The notes beneath the pieces are model-generated. The model was given only the letters and a program-made list of their open reading frames with translations, had not been told where the DNA came from and made no database searches. Made by a program: the position numbers and the translations under genes. Shown piece after piece: positions 9,085 through 18,546 of a stretch of 64,000 bases of DNA. Each line of letters opens with the position of its first letter. Positions within the stretch are counted from its first letter, which is position 1. The DNA comes from an uncultured Candidatus Woesearchaeota archaeon (GTDB lineage: Archaea > Nanobdellota > Nanobdellia > Woesearchaeales > GW2011-AR9), in assembly GCA_902529885.1 (NCBI GenBank), contig CABZYC010000001.1:156177-220176 (forward strand). The letters are read 5' to 3'.

Positions 9085-9912
9085 ATGAAAATTGAATCTT
9101 TTGATAGTACTAAAATTGATTATAATATTAAAAAAGGTAGTAAACCCTGTTTAATATTTGTCCATGGGTGGGCAAATAATAAAACTACATGGAAAAACGA
9201 GATTAAATTTTTTGAAAAGAAAGGATATTCCATAATTAGTTTAGACCTTAGAGGACACGGACAATCTGATAAGCCTGAAAATAAAGAGATGTATACAATT
9301 GAATCCTTTGCTAAAGATATTCATTGTATCATTAAAAAAGAAGAAGTAAAACAATGTGTTCTTATTGGTCACAGTATGGGGGGAATGATTTCTTTAATGT
9401 ATTACAAACTTTTTGAGTATGAGGATAAAGTTAAAGCATTAATCTTGTGTGATACAACATCAAATAATGTTCTTGAGCATAAAAAACTGAATGTGTTACT
9501 GCCCTTCACAAAACATGTATTAGATTTTATTATTGAGCATCAAACAATCTCCCAAAATCATTTTAAACATCTCAAAAATGTTGATTTGAGCACCTATACC
9601 ACTGCGTCTGATTACCGTGTTTTTTACGAGGGTTTACATAATACACCACTTAAATCAGTGTTTGCTTGTTTAGAATCAATGTTAGACCTTAACCTAAAAA
9701 GTATGTTGTCAAAAATTAATGTGCCAGTTCTAATCATTGAAGGTACAAATGATAAAATCCTACCTGAAATTGATTCAATAGAAATGTTCAACCAAATTAA
9801 AGATGCAGAGATCCATTATGTGCATAAAGGAAAACATTTCGTAAACATTGAGAATGTAAGTGAGATGAATAAATCTGTTCTGAATTTCCTTGTTAAACAT
9901 CAATTAGAATAA
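9085..9912 (+). CDS. Alpha/beta-fold hydrolase (esterase/lipase family)
   Basis: HGW oxyanion region and GHSMGG nucleophile elbow (GxSxG). 275 aa. Confidence 0.7.
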   Translation: MKIESFDSTKIDYNIKKGSKPCLIFVHGWANNKTTWKNEIKFFEKKGYSIISLDLRGHGQSDKPENKEMYTIESFAKDIHCIIKKEEVKQCVLIGHSMGGMISLMYYKLFEYEDKVKALILCDTTSNNVLEHKKLNVLLPFTKHVLDFIIEHQTISQNHFKHLKNVDLSTYTTASDYRVFYEGLHNTPLKSVFACLESMLDLNLKSMLSKINVPVLIIEGTNDKILPEIDSIEMFNQIKDAEIHYVHKGKHFVNIENVSEMNKSVLNFLVKHQLE

Positions 9913-9943
9913 TTAATATAAGCTGGAATTATCTTAATTAGTA

Positions 9944-10144
9944 ATGGTTCTATACATTAATAAAAAGGTCATTGAAAAAAATAAACTCTTCTTGTTTATT
10001 TTTGGAGTCATTAGCCTAATTATGGTACCATTTGGATTTTGGATTGAAAGTTTAATTATTATTTTAGTTGGTATACTTATTGCCCTACACATCTTATGGT
10101 TACTTATAATCCCTCTATTTTTGAAAGATGTCCAAGAATTATAA
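9944..10144 (+). CDS. Small hydrophobic protein (2 TM), possibly spurious
   Basis: 66-aa ORF with two hydrophobic segments in very AT-rich DNA. Confidence 0.2.
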   Translation: MVLYINKKVIEKNKLFLFIFGVISLIMVPFGFWIESLIIILVGILIALHILWLLIIPLFLKDVQEL

Positions 10145-10275
10145 ATCATCTTTTACCAATTATAACACATATGAACCGCTTTCCGCATGTTCATGGTACT
10201 GTAAAAGATAAGGCTCGTTGATCCCTTATTTAAGAAAAACATTAAATTTAAATCATACAAGATAATATATTTAAT

Positions 10276-11340
10276 ATGATATTTAATTTATTCAACTTAC
10301 TTCTTGGTAAAAAACATAAACAAACCCAAGAAAAAATCATCTCTAATTCTAAAAGATTTTTCCATATATTATCTAAAAATAAAAAATCTAGAAAAACGTC
10401 TTATGATATTGATCATCAAAAAACAAGGCTTGAAACAATTAGATGTTTTAAAGCTAATACTGACCTAGGTTTAAAAGAAGATAATTATATCTACCATATG
10501 CTTGAAAAAGAACTAAATGAGATACATAGGTTGAAAGCGAATTTATGTGATCTTAAAAAGATGTTCAATAAAGAAATAGATATATGTGATACAAAAAAAG
10601 ACTGTGCTAAATTACTTAAAAAAATGTTCTCTAAATCATTTAATAATATTAAACTTGAATTAGAAGAATTACTTTCATGCCATAAAAGGTCAAATATTCT
10701 GTTCGATTTAGACCGTCGTGTAAGGACATTAAAAATTATTGAAGATGCAGGAATAGTGTACGATGTTGATCCAAAAAAATTAAAAAATCAACATTACAAA
10801 AATCGTAATATCCAAAATCTTATTTTTATTCATCAAAAACTAAATGAGATGAGCTTTCTTTCAAAAATAAATAATTCGCTTTTAATGAAACATGCCAATA
10901 CTGCTGAAATAAATAGAGAGATTATTAAGTTTAAACAAGACCTACTTAAATTTGACTATAGGTTACAGTCCTGGAAATTTTATTTTATTTACTCTGTATC
11001 TAGGGGAAGACCTTCTAATGGGAGATTTACACTAGATGCTTATTTTAAGGATTCAGAATCAGTGATAAATCACTACATGGGAATAAATGGTGTCAATCAA
11101 GATAGATTATTAAAAAATATTAATGATAGAATAATCATAAGATATTTCAAAAAAAAGGGCGAAGTAAGCCTCCGGTCTATTCATGAGCCATATTATTTTG
11201 TTTCTGAAATAAATAAGCTTCTAAATCAGATTAAAACTATTGAAAATAGCATACTAGACATTGAAGGAGACTTAAAGAAAGTAATTCAGAATGATAAAAG
11301 ATTAAAAAAGGATTCTAGAAAGATCAAACAAAAAAAATGA
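10276..11340 (+). CDS. Lysine-rich hypothetical protein (ORFan) in an AT-rich island
   Basis: 354-aa uninterrupted ORF, K/N/I-rich, no recognisable motif. Local composition is visibly more AT-rich than the flanking housekeeping genes. Confidence 0.45.
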   Translation: MIFNLFNLLLGKKHKQTQEKIISNSKRFFHILSKNKKSRKTSYDIDHQKTRLETIRCFKANTDLGLKEDNYIYHMLEKELNEIHRLKANLCDLKKMFNKEIDICDTKKDCAKLLKKMFSKSFNNIKLELEELLSCHKRSNILFDLDRRVRTLKIIEDAGIVYDVDPKKLKNQHYKNRNIQNLIFIHQKLNEMSFLSKINNSLLMKHANTAEINREIIKFKQDLLKFDYRLQSWKFYFIYSVSRGRPSNGRFTLDAYFKDSESVINHYMGINGVNQDRLLKNINDRIIIRYFKKKGEVSLRSIHEPYYFVSEINKLLNQIKTIENSILDIEGDLKKVIQNDKRLKKDSRKIKQKK

Positions 11341-11526
11341 GATCATTATTTAATCATAGATTAGGAAGAAACAACTTCATCACCACTGTGTATTTACACA
11401 GTCAAAAGATTGTGAAGAAAGAGCCCCATTAGTGCCGATTATATCTAAAACAAAATCTTGAGTCAAATCAGTTTTAAGACTATATTTCGCAAGGATTTGA
11501 TCTATTTCTGCATGTAAACTTGAGAA

Positions 11527-11598
11527 AGCCTTTGGGGGGATTTGAACCCCCGACCTGCTGCTTACGAGGCAGCCGCTATACCGCTAAGCCACAAAGGC
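11527..11598 (-). tRNA. tRNA-Thr(CGU)
   Basis: Reverse complement reads GCCUUUG UG GCUU AGCGGUA UAGC G GCUGC CUCGUAA GCAGC AGGUC GGGGG UUCAAAU CCCCC CAAAGGC U. Acceptor is a perfect 7 bp, anticodon stem 5 bp, T-arm 5 bp, D-stem 3 bp, discriminator U. Confidence 0.7.
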
Positions 11599-11674
11599 AT
11601 GTCTCAATAATGATGGCCACTGTTTAAAAATATTATGACAAACAATTTATAAGGTAACATCCAAGGATAGTCAT

Positions 11675-13420
11675 ATGAAAAAGCGTATCGCAGTCATCCA
11701 TAAGGATAAGTGTAATCCGCAAGGGTGCGGTAATTACCTTTGTGCAAAATTATGTCCAGTTAATAGAACTGGTGAAGATTGTATTAAGGAAGGTGACGAA
11801 TATTCTAATAAAGCAGTCATCGACGAGATATTATGTACTGGGTGCGGTATTTGCCCAACACGTTGCCCATACGGTGCAATTGAAATTATTAATCTGCCTG
11901 CAGAACTTGAAAAAGAGCCTGTGCACAGGTTTGATAAAAACAGTTTTGCATTGTATTCCCTCCCTACACCTGTCAACGGAAAAATAACAGGGTTATTAGG
12001 CCGTAACGGTATGGGTAAAAGTACTGCGTTCAAAATTCTTGGTGGGTTACAAATGGCCAACCTTGGAAATTATGAAGAGAAAGCAGATGTACGAAAACTG
12101 TTTGAATATTTTAAAGGGACTCAGATGCTTGCACACCTTGAACGTTTAGAAAAAGGCGAAGTTACTTTATCATACAAACCGCAGCAAGTAGAATTTATCC
12201 CGCGCCAATTTGATGGGACAGTAAAAGAATTGTTCAAATCTGAAAGTGCGAAAGAAATGTTGAAACAACTAGATATTGAACATACATGGGACCGAGATGT
12301 GAAACATATTAGTGGCGGTGAATTACAACGTGTTGCGATTGCAGCAGCTGCCTTAAAAAAGGCAACATTAACATTGTATGATGAGCCGTCAAGTTACCTT
12401 GATATTAAACAGCGTATCAATGTATCAAAGTTTATCCGAGAACATAGTTCTGAAAATACTGCAACCATGGTTATTGAACACGATTTAATCATTTTAGATT
12501 ATATGACGGACGTACTGAACATTATGTACGGGCACCCTGGAGTCTACGGTATTGTATCCGGAGTGAAAAGTGTAAGGGAAGGTATCAACTCTTACCTTGA
12601 CGGTTACTTAAAAGAAGAAAATACCAGGATACGTACTGCACCCTTAAAGTTTGAACAGTCTGTTGAACGTGTGACAGCGTTCCCACAACCTGTATTAGAA
12701 TGGTCAGAACTACAATTTGCAGTTGGTGAATTCAACCTTTCAGTACATAAAGGCGCATTAAACAAAAATGAGATTATTGGTATATTAGGTGAAAACGGTA
12801 TTGGAAAAACTACGTTTGTTAAAATGTTAGCAGGCGAAGTTGAGTGTGACCTTGACCAACAATTAAATGTTGCGTACAAACCACAGTACCTTGACTATGC
12901 AAACAATGAAACTTTAGTTGCTGAATTTTTATCACGGGCCATTGAACACTATGAAGCTTCTATTGTGAAACCACTCAATCTAGAAACTTTGTACGGGCGC
13001 CAACTAAACCAATTGTCAGGCGGAGAACTGCAACGGGTTGTTATTGCAAAAACTTTGGCTGAAAATGCAGACTTGTTCTTATTAGATGAACCATCTGCAT
13101 ACCTTGATGTCGAACAAAGGATAGCCATTGGGAAAGTTATAAAACGGGTAGCTGCTGACCGCGAACTTACCATCATGGTGGTTGACCACGATTTAATGTT
13201 CATGGATTTTTTATCTGACAAAATCATGGTGTTTGAAGGTACACCTGGACAACATGGTGAAGCTACAGGGCCATGGGAAAAACAAGATGGGATGAACAAA
13301 TTTCTTGAAAACCTGAATATTACACTTCGTAGAGACATGCATTCTCACAGGCCACGAATCAATAAACAAAATAGTGTGAAAGATAGAGATCAGCGGTCAG
13401 CTAACAAGTGGTACTACTGA
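11675..13420 (+). CDS. abcE1: ABCE1 / RNase L inhibitor (ribosome recycling factor), Fe-S ABC ATPase
   Basis: N-terminal 4Fe-4S cysteine clusters (CNPQGCGNYLCAKLCP; CTGCGICPTRCPYG). Two ABC cassettes: Walker A GRNGMGKST and GENGIGKTT, signature LSGGELQR twice. C-terminal RPRINK..YY tail. Confidence 0.9.
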   Translation: MKKRIAVIHKDKCNPQGCGNYLCAKLCPVNRTGEDCIKEGDEYSNKAVIDEILCTGCGICPTRCPYGAIEIINLPAELEKEPVHRFDKNSFALYSLPTPVNGKITGLLGRNGMGKSTAFKILGGLQMANLGNYEEKADVRKLFEYFKGTQMLAHLERLEKGEVTLSYKPQQVEFIPRQFDGTVKELFKSESAKEMLKQLDIEHTWDRDVKHISGGELQRVAIAAAALKKATLTLYDEPSSYLDIKQRINVSKFIREHSSENTATMVIEHDLIILDYMTDVLNIMYGHPGVYGIVSGVKSVREGINSYLDGYLKEENTRIRTAPLKFEQSVERVTAFPQPVLEWSELQFAVGEFNLSVHKGALNKNEIIGILGENGIGKTTFVKMLAGEVECDLDQQLNVAYKPQYLDYANNETLVAEFLSRAIEHYEASIVKPLNLETLYGRQLNQLSGGELQRVVIAKTLAENADLFLLDEPSAYLDVEQRIAIGKVIKRVAADRELTIMVVDHDLMFMDFLSDKIMVFEGTPGQHGEATGPWEKQDGMNKFLENLNITLRRDMHSHRPRINKQNSVKDRDQRSANKWYY

Positions 13421-13723
13421 AATTTTTCCACGAAAATTGTAACCAGGCGTCAACGTATCATAATACACTAAATCTTCCCACACTTGAACTTCTATATCTT
13501 CGCCGGGATTTAGCCGATGGTCAAACGTGCCGTCATAATTTGTTATAGTGTGCACATAAGCATCATGATTCTTAAAACGAATATAAGACCCTTCATAAAC
13601 TTCTAAATCGGGTTGTTCAAAACCTAACATAGTTATGTCAATAACCATCTCTACAGGCCCTACAACTTCTACAGTAGGTGGTAAACAGCCCACTAATAAT
13701 AATAATATCATCCAATACCTCAT
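13397..13723 (-). CDS. Secreted lipobox protein (probable lipoprotein), small beta-rich domain
   Basis: N-terminus MRYWMILLLLVGC has a hydrophobic h-region followed by an L-V-G-C lipobox. Confidence 0.5.
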   Translation of the reverse strand: MRYWMILLLLVGCLPPTVEVVGPVEMVIDITMLGFEQPDLEVYEGSYIRFKNHDAYVHTITNYDGTFDHRLNPGEDIEVQVWEDLVYYDTLTPGYNFRGKISVVPLVS

Positions 13724-13764
13724 ATGTTGGTTATCAAGGTCACAAATATAAACATGCGTTATGT

Positions 13765-14133
13765 TTAATAGTTGTTTTCTAGTGGCGGCATTGGAAACAA
13801 TGTATCTAGTACATCAAGCTTCTTAGAGTATGGTACATGCACCTTACGCAATTTTCCTTGAAAAGCAGAAAATAATGATCTAAACCAGACGTACATAAAC
13901 ACAAGTATAGGTGCCATCATTATCCATGACCAACCAGTCAATAAAGCTATAGGTGCAAGAACTATTTGAGATATGACAACAACTAATAACAAAAATGTGA
14001 AAATGATTGATTGTTTTACATAAAAACGTACAAAAGTGTTTGGGTAAGCATACAAAATTATGCTAAAAAGACCCGTGCATAATGCAAGGACTGCAAGAAA
14101 ACGTTCACCGTGTAAGAAAACGTTTCCAATCAT
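13765..14133 (-). CDS. Small membrane protein (3 TM)
   Basis: Hydrophobic 122-aa ORF between lgt and the lipobox gene. Its start overlaps the end of lgt, so the true start may be further in. Confidence 0.35.
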   Translation of the reverse strand: MIGNVFLHGERFLAVLALCTGLFSIILYAYPNTFVRFYVKQSIIFTFLLLVVVISQIVLAPIALLTGWSWIMMAPILVFMYVWFRSLFSAFQGKLRKVHVPYSKKLDVLDTLFPMPPLENNY

Positions 14134-14887
14134 CTTTGTAATACCTCATAAACATATAACATGATACAACAACCATAAAAACACACATCCATTGTCCTTT
14201 ACTCAACCCATAATACATTATATCCTCTCGAAATACGTCTAGTATTAAACGAGTTATACCATCCCAAAATACAAAATTCCAAAATATGAAGCCAGCAGTC
14301 CATTGATGCACAATGGCCCTAACATTTAACCAAAATAACCAGCCAGTAATAAGAAACCGTTTCCCTGCCGCGTACAGAGTGGACGGGTGCCGGCACCCTT
14401 CAACACCATCGTATACAACGCACCAAGGCGCATCTGTTACACGGCCCAACAGTTCCCCATTAATAAAATTGGCAATACGGCCCAGAGCTAAGGATGCCAT
14501 CACTGGGGCAGCCCCATAATCTGCCATACGCCAAAAGTCCCACTTATACTTTCTGCACCAGAAGTAGTTTGCAACAACTATACCCACTAACCCACCATGA
14601 AAACTCATGCCACCCTTCCATATCTTGAAAATTTCTAAAGGGTTAGAAAAATAGTATGCTGGCTCCCATACATACATGAACAATCGTGCACCAATCACAA
14701 CGCCCATTATTAAAAAAAATGCATAATCTTCAATCTGCTTTTTTGTATAATCTACAAGTTCTCTTCTAGATAAATAACGAAGCCAATATATCACAAAAAA
14801 TACGCCGGCAATGTATGCTAAAGAGTACCAATAAATGTCTAAAGGGCCAATACTTAGGACGATTGGATCAAAATTATGAGTTATCAT
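14105..14887 (-). CDS. lgt: Prolipoprotein diacylglyceryl transferase Lgt
   Basis: N-terminal FDPIVLSIGPLDIYWYSL; Lgt signature GRIANFINGELLGR (compare E. coli GRIGNFINGELWGR); RHPSTLY (compare RHPSQLYE). 260 aa polytopic. Confidence 0.8.
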   Translation of the reverse strand: MITHNFDPIVLSIGPLDIYWYSLAYIAGVFFVIYWLRYLSRRELVDYTKKQIEDYAFFLIMGVVIGARLFMYVWEPAYYFSNPLEIFKIWKGGMSFHGGLVGIVVANYFWCRKYKWDFWRMADYGAAPVMASLALGRIANFINGELLGRVTDAPWCVVYDGVEGCRHPSTLYAAGKRFLITGWLFWLNVRAIVHQWTAGFIFWNFVFWDGITRLILDVFREDIMYYGLSKGQWMCVFMVVVSCYMFMRYYKDDWKRFLTR

Positions 14888-14948
14888 AAACTAAATTTAG
14901 TCGTGTTCACATAAAAGGTTTTTTATGTAGCCACCATTATTTTGTTGT

Positions 14949-15662
14949 ATGGCACGGTTTTGGACACACGTAAAACGAGTTATTCGCGATGCAGACATAC
15001 TCATAGAAGTATTAGACTCACGTCACGTCGAAGAATCACGTAACCGAGAAATTGAAGATAAAGTCCACGAAGCAGGTAAAAGACTCATCTACGTTATTAA
15101 CAAAGTTGATATGGCCGACCTTGACACGATTAAAGTGTATAAAAAATTTTTACACCCTTGCGTCTTTGTAAGTTCACGAGACAGATTAGGCACTACATTA
15201 TTACTTAAAAAGATCTTGGAAGTGAGTCGAGGGAAAGAATGCACAGTAGGTGTTTTAGGATACCCGAACGTTGGAAAAAGTAGTTTAATCAATGCATTGA
15301 GCGGGAAACATGCAGCGAGCACGTCGTCACGTTCAGGACACACAAAGGGACAACAAAAAGTTAGGTTGAACAACAAAATCATGTTGCTTGATTCACCAGG
15401 TGTGTACCCCTACAAAGATGGTAATGAAACAAAACATGCATTAATCAGTGCAGTGGATTATTCTCAATTAAGAGACCCTTACGAAGCCGTGTGCAGACTG
15501 CACGAAGAACACCCAGAATTCTTTTTTCAGTGGACACAGTACGCTGACGTTGACGATATTTTAGAAGATGTTGCAAAACAAAAAAACTTGTTGAAAAAAG
15601 GAGGCGGTATTGACGAAGACCGTGTCTGCAGATACATTGTTAAAGTGTGGCAGCAGGGTTAA
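14949..15662 (+). CDS. Circularly permuted GTPase (YlqF/RbgA-Nug1 family), ribosome-biogenesis type
   Basis: G4 (INKVD) comes before G1 (GYPNVGKSSLINAL) and G3 (DSPG), which is the cpGTPase order. Confidence 0.7.
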   Translation: MARFWTHVKRVIRDADILIEVLDSRHVEESRNREIEDKVHEAGKRLIYVINKVDMADLDTIKVYKKFLHPCVFVSSRDRLGTTLLLKKILEVSRGKECTVGVLGYPNVGKSSLINALSGKHAASTSSRSGHTKGQQKVRLNNKIMLLDSPGVYPYKDGNETKHALISAVDYSQLRDPYEAVCRLHEEHPEFFFQWTQYADVDDILEDVAKQKNLLKKGGGIDEDRVCRYIVKVWQQG

Positions 15663-16306
15663 ATATTGAACCAAGTGTGCCATTCACCCTTATGATTATA
15701 ATTTATAATTTGCCAATTAAAATGGTGTTGTGAAATATAATGGTAAGAAATTGAATTCATATGGCCCATATTCTTAACAACATCATTTGCTAACCTCGAT
15801 AAAAAAGTTTGATCTAAAATTCCGTGAACTACAGATATATGAGTGTAAGTATGTATTGATGCTAAAAAATGTTCAACATTAATATTAACCATGGCCCTTG
15901 AACGCTCAGCATTCTGTTTATATCCAACAATTGCAGACACTTTATTATCACCATAAAAATAACCAATTGGAATCTTTATTGACGCAACCTTTCTACACAC
16001 TAAATATCCAAAAGGGATAAAGATTTTTGCATGCTGATTAATTGAATGCCAATCACTACGATTAATAGAACTACTACCATGGTGTAAAAAGCAGTAATGT
16101 GAAGGATAAAATAACTGTAATGAGAATTCTGCACCTTGAGCATGATTATGTATATAATCTAATGCACGGCCATCACCAGAAGGATTGAAATGAGTGTTAA
16201 GATACAATTGAAAATTAGCAACTTCTTTGTTAACATGCATTTTAAAACCGGATATCTCTACACGATTTTCACGTGCCCCACCAAATAACCTGTTCCAAAA
16301 ACCCAT
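15659..16306 (-). CDS. His-rich hypothetical protein (possible metal-dependent cupin-like enzyme)
   Basis: 215 aa, numerous His residues, no diagnostic motif. Confidence 0.3.
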   Translation of the reverse strand: MGFWNRLFGGARENRVEISGFKMHVNKEVANFQLYLNTHFNPSGDGRALDYIHNHAQGAEFSLQLFYPSHYCFLHHGSSSINRSDWHSINQHAKIFIPFGYLVCRKVASIKIPIGYFYGDNKVSAIVGYKQNAERSRAMVNINVEHFLASIHTYTHISVVHGILDQTFLSRLANDVVKNMGHMNSISYHYISQHHFNWQIINYNHKGEWHTWFNI

Positions 16307-16334
16307 AAATTAACTAATACCATAACTACTTATA

Positions 16335-18521
16335 TTACTTTTCATAAGGTGACAAAGACACAATACGTATTTGGTCCACCGTTTTTTTCCCTATACCTGG
16401 CACAGACAACAATTCGCGTTCACTCGCTGTGACAATTCGCCATACACAACCAAAACGTTGTAATAATAATCGTGCGGCTTTCGGACCAATACCCGGAAAC
16501 GATTGTATGATATACTCCTGTTGTTCAATTAATGATTGTGGTTTTGACTGGTGTAACGATACTTCCCTCTTTACAGAGTTTTGACACCGTTTTGCAAGTG
16601 ATAATAACATCTCGCACGAGTCTCCGTAATCCTTTGAATGTAATATTGGCACTTGAAAGTCTATGGCTATACTTGCTAAAGCGCCACGGATCGCACCAGG
16701 ATGCACTTTACGCACAGAATACAAGTCGCCACCTTGCACTAACAAAACTATGTGCATCCCACAACTTTTTAGGGTGGACAACTGTTTCATGAGCCGACCA
16801 TCAAGTAAACTTCCCACAAAATCTTCTGCTTGTTTAAATTCTACTGCAATCTGCCCGTCAATAATATAATCTGCATACTCCAACTGTTCAACTTTGACAC
16901 GAACACCTTTATCCACTAACTTCTTCACAAGAATGTTATCCTTCTCACGGTGGTCCGCAATAATGGTGTGGTCAAGCTGAACATAATCAGACAAGGATTT
17001 TTGGGGCAAGACCAGATCATTCTTGAACGATTTCAAAACAGTCTGCATTTTGCTCTCGCGCCGTTTACTGATATACCTGTAAGCTTCGTCACGCGTACCC
17101 TTCATGAAAAGTACGTGTACATGCCCCGTATTATGGCGCCCCGTACGACCCCTACGCTGAATGTTCCTGATCGCAGAAGGGGTCGGCTCATAAAAAAAAA
17201 CATTGTCGACAGCTGGAATGTCTAACCCTTCTTCTGCAACAGATGTTGCCACTAAAATCTGGAACTCTTTCGCACGAAAACGGTCCAACATAACTTTTTG
17301 TTGTTTTTGTGAAAGGCCTAACCCTTTCTTTTTAGTTTGGCCAACGAACAAGTCAGCGGTGTAACCTTCTTCACGTAACCGTTCAATAATACGTGCGCCA
17401 GTATCACGGTAATTTGCAAAAAGTAATACTAGTCCTTTAACACCCTCAAGTTTTTGGCATAACACATCCAATTTAGGTTGATGATTCTCAAGGTTACCAG
17501 CCATCTTGATTGCACGCACAAATTCTACGTCTGCAATCAACCGTTTTACAGCTTTTACTTTTCCACGGCGTGCCTGGTCAACAACATCGTCAAGGTACGT
17601 TTTACAACTCATTACGCCCTGGCACTCCAACAGTTCAATTGAATATTCTACTTTGATTGCTTCAGCTACATAGCTTAGCCCTTGCCAAACAGTTTCATCT
17701 GCATCTTTAAGCCTGCCTTGCAATTTACGTTGTATTTTTAACAGGTCACCTTTACTACGCATTTGGTGCGTTGTACCAATTATGGATTGTAACTGTTTGA
17801 CACGTGCATCATACACTAATTTTAGTTGACGGTGTAAAGGTTTCCAATCACTTGGAAAGTTTACTGGTACCCAATCAATCTTGACATCTTGAACATACTG
17901 TTTAACGTCAGGGTCATCATAAGACCGAACGTCAACATGTTCAATAAAAAGGTTGTCGCACACTTCCTGGACATCTTCTTTAGTGCTTCCTGGTGATGCA
18001 GATAAGGCCAAAATGTGTGGTGACTGAGCTGTTTCCATATAACGTTTGGCCAGCCAACAATAAGAATAGTTCCCACGCGCATGATGCGCTTCGTCAAACA
18101 CTATTAAACTGACATCCTTAAAAGATATACGATTGTTCAATACATCGTTCTCTATTCCTTGCGGTGTTGAAATAATAATCTTGCTTGAATCCCACATAAT
18201 CTCGCGTTTTTCAGGTTTCACGCTTCCTGTTAACAAAGAAACCATATCGGTTGGTAACGTTAAATGTTCATTGAACGTTTTATGATGTTGTTGACATAAA
18301 GGTTTGGTTGGCGACATAACCAAAATTTTACCTTTTTTATGCCTGTGCACAGCCATCATAAGTGCTAATGCAGTTTTTCCAAGGCCAGTGGGTAACACTG
18401 CCAAAGTGTTTTGTTTCACAGCATTAGCATACATTGTTTGTTGGTACAATCGTGGCGTGAAATTGTGTAGCATTAAACACTGTACAAACCGTATACCTTT
18501 TATTCTTGTCGTTACATTCAT
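16335..18521 (-). CDS. hef: Hef helicase-nuclease (FANCM/XPF family)
   Basis: Helicase motifs LPTGLGKT, DEAH (VFDEAHHARG), QRRGRTGR. C-terminal XPF-type nuclease ERK motif (HREKDNILVKKLVDKG...) and an HhH2 tail. Confidence 0.85.
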   Translation of the reverse strand: MNVTTRIKGIRFVQCLMLHNFTPRLYQQTMYANAVKQNTLAVLPTGLGKTALALMMAVHRHKKGKILVMSPTKPLCQQHHKTFNEHLTLPTDMVSLLTGSVKPEKREIMWDSSKIIISTPQGIENDVLNNRISFKDVSLIVFDEAHHARGNYSYCWLAKRYMETAQSPHILALSASPGSTKEDVQEVCDNLFIEHVDVRSYDDPDVKQYVQDVKIDWVPVNFPSDWKPLHRQLKLVYDARVKQLQSIIGTTHQMRSKGDLLKIQRKLQGRLKDADETVWQGLSYVAEAIKVEYSIELLECQGVMSCKTYLDDVVDQARRGKVKAVKRLIADVEFVRAIKMAGNLENHQPKLDVLCQKLEGVKGLVLLFANYRDTGARIIERLREEGYTADLFVGQTKKKGLGLSQKQQKVMLDRFRAKEFQILVATSVAEEGLDIPAVDNVFFYEPTPSAIRNIQRRGRTGRHNTGHVHVLFMKGTRDEAYRYISKRRESKMQTVLKSFKNDLVLPQKSLSDYVQLDHTIIADHREKDNILVKKLVDKGVRVKVEQLEYADYIIDGQIAVEFKQAEDFVGSLLDGRLMKQLSTLKSCGMHIVLLVQGGDLYSVRKVHPGAIRGALASIAIDFQVPILHSKDYGDSCEMLLSLAKRCQNSVKREVSLHQSKPQSLIEQQEYIIQSFPGIGPKAARLLLQRFGCVWRIVTASERELLSVPGIGKKTVDQIRIVSLSPYEK

Positions 18522-18546
18522 ATAATAGTATTAGATTATATTATGT

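Noticed and set aside
11383-11401. Perfect palindrome ACTGTGTA-TT-TACACAGT as an intrinsic terminator
   Set aside because: Archaeal termination relies mainly on oligo-T tracts, and none follows the hairpin. It is more likely a protein-binding site or an island-boundary remnant. It is mentioned under the AT-rich island finding.
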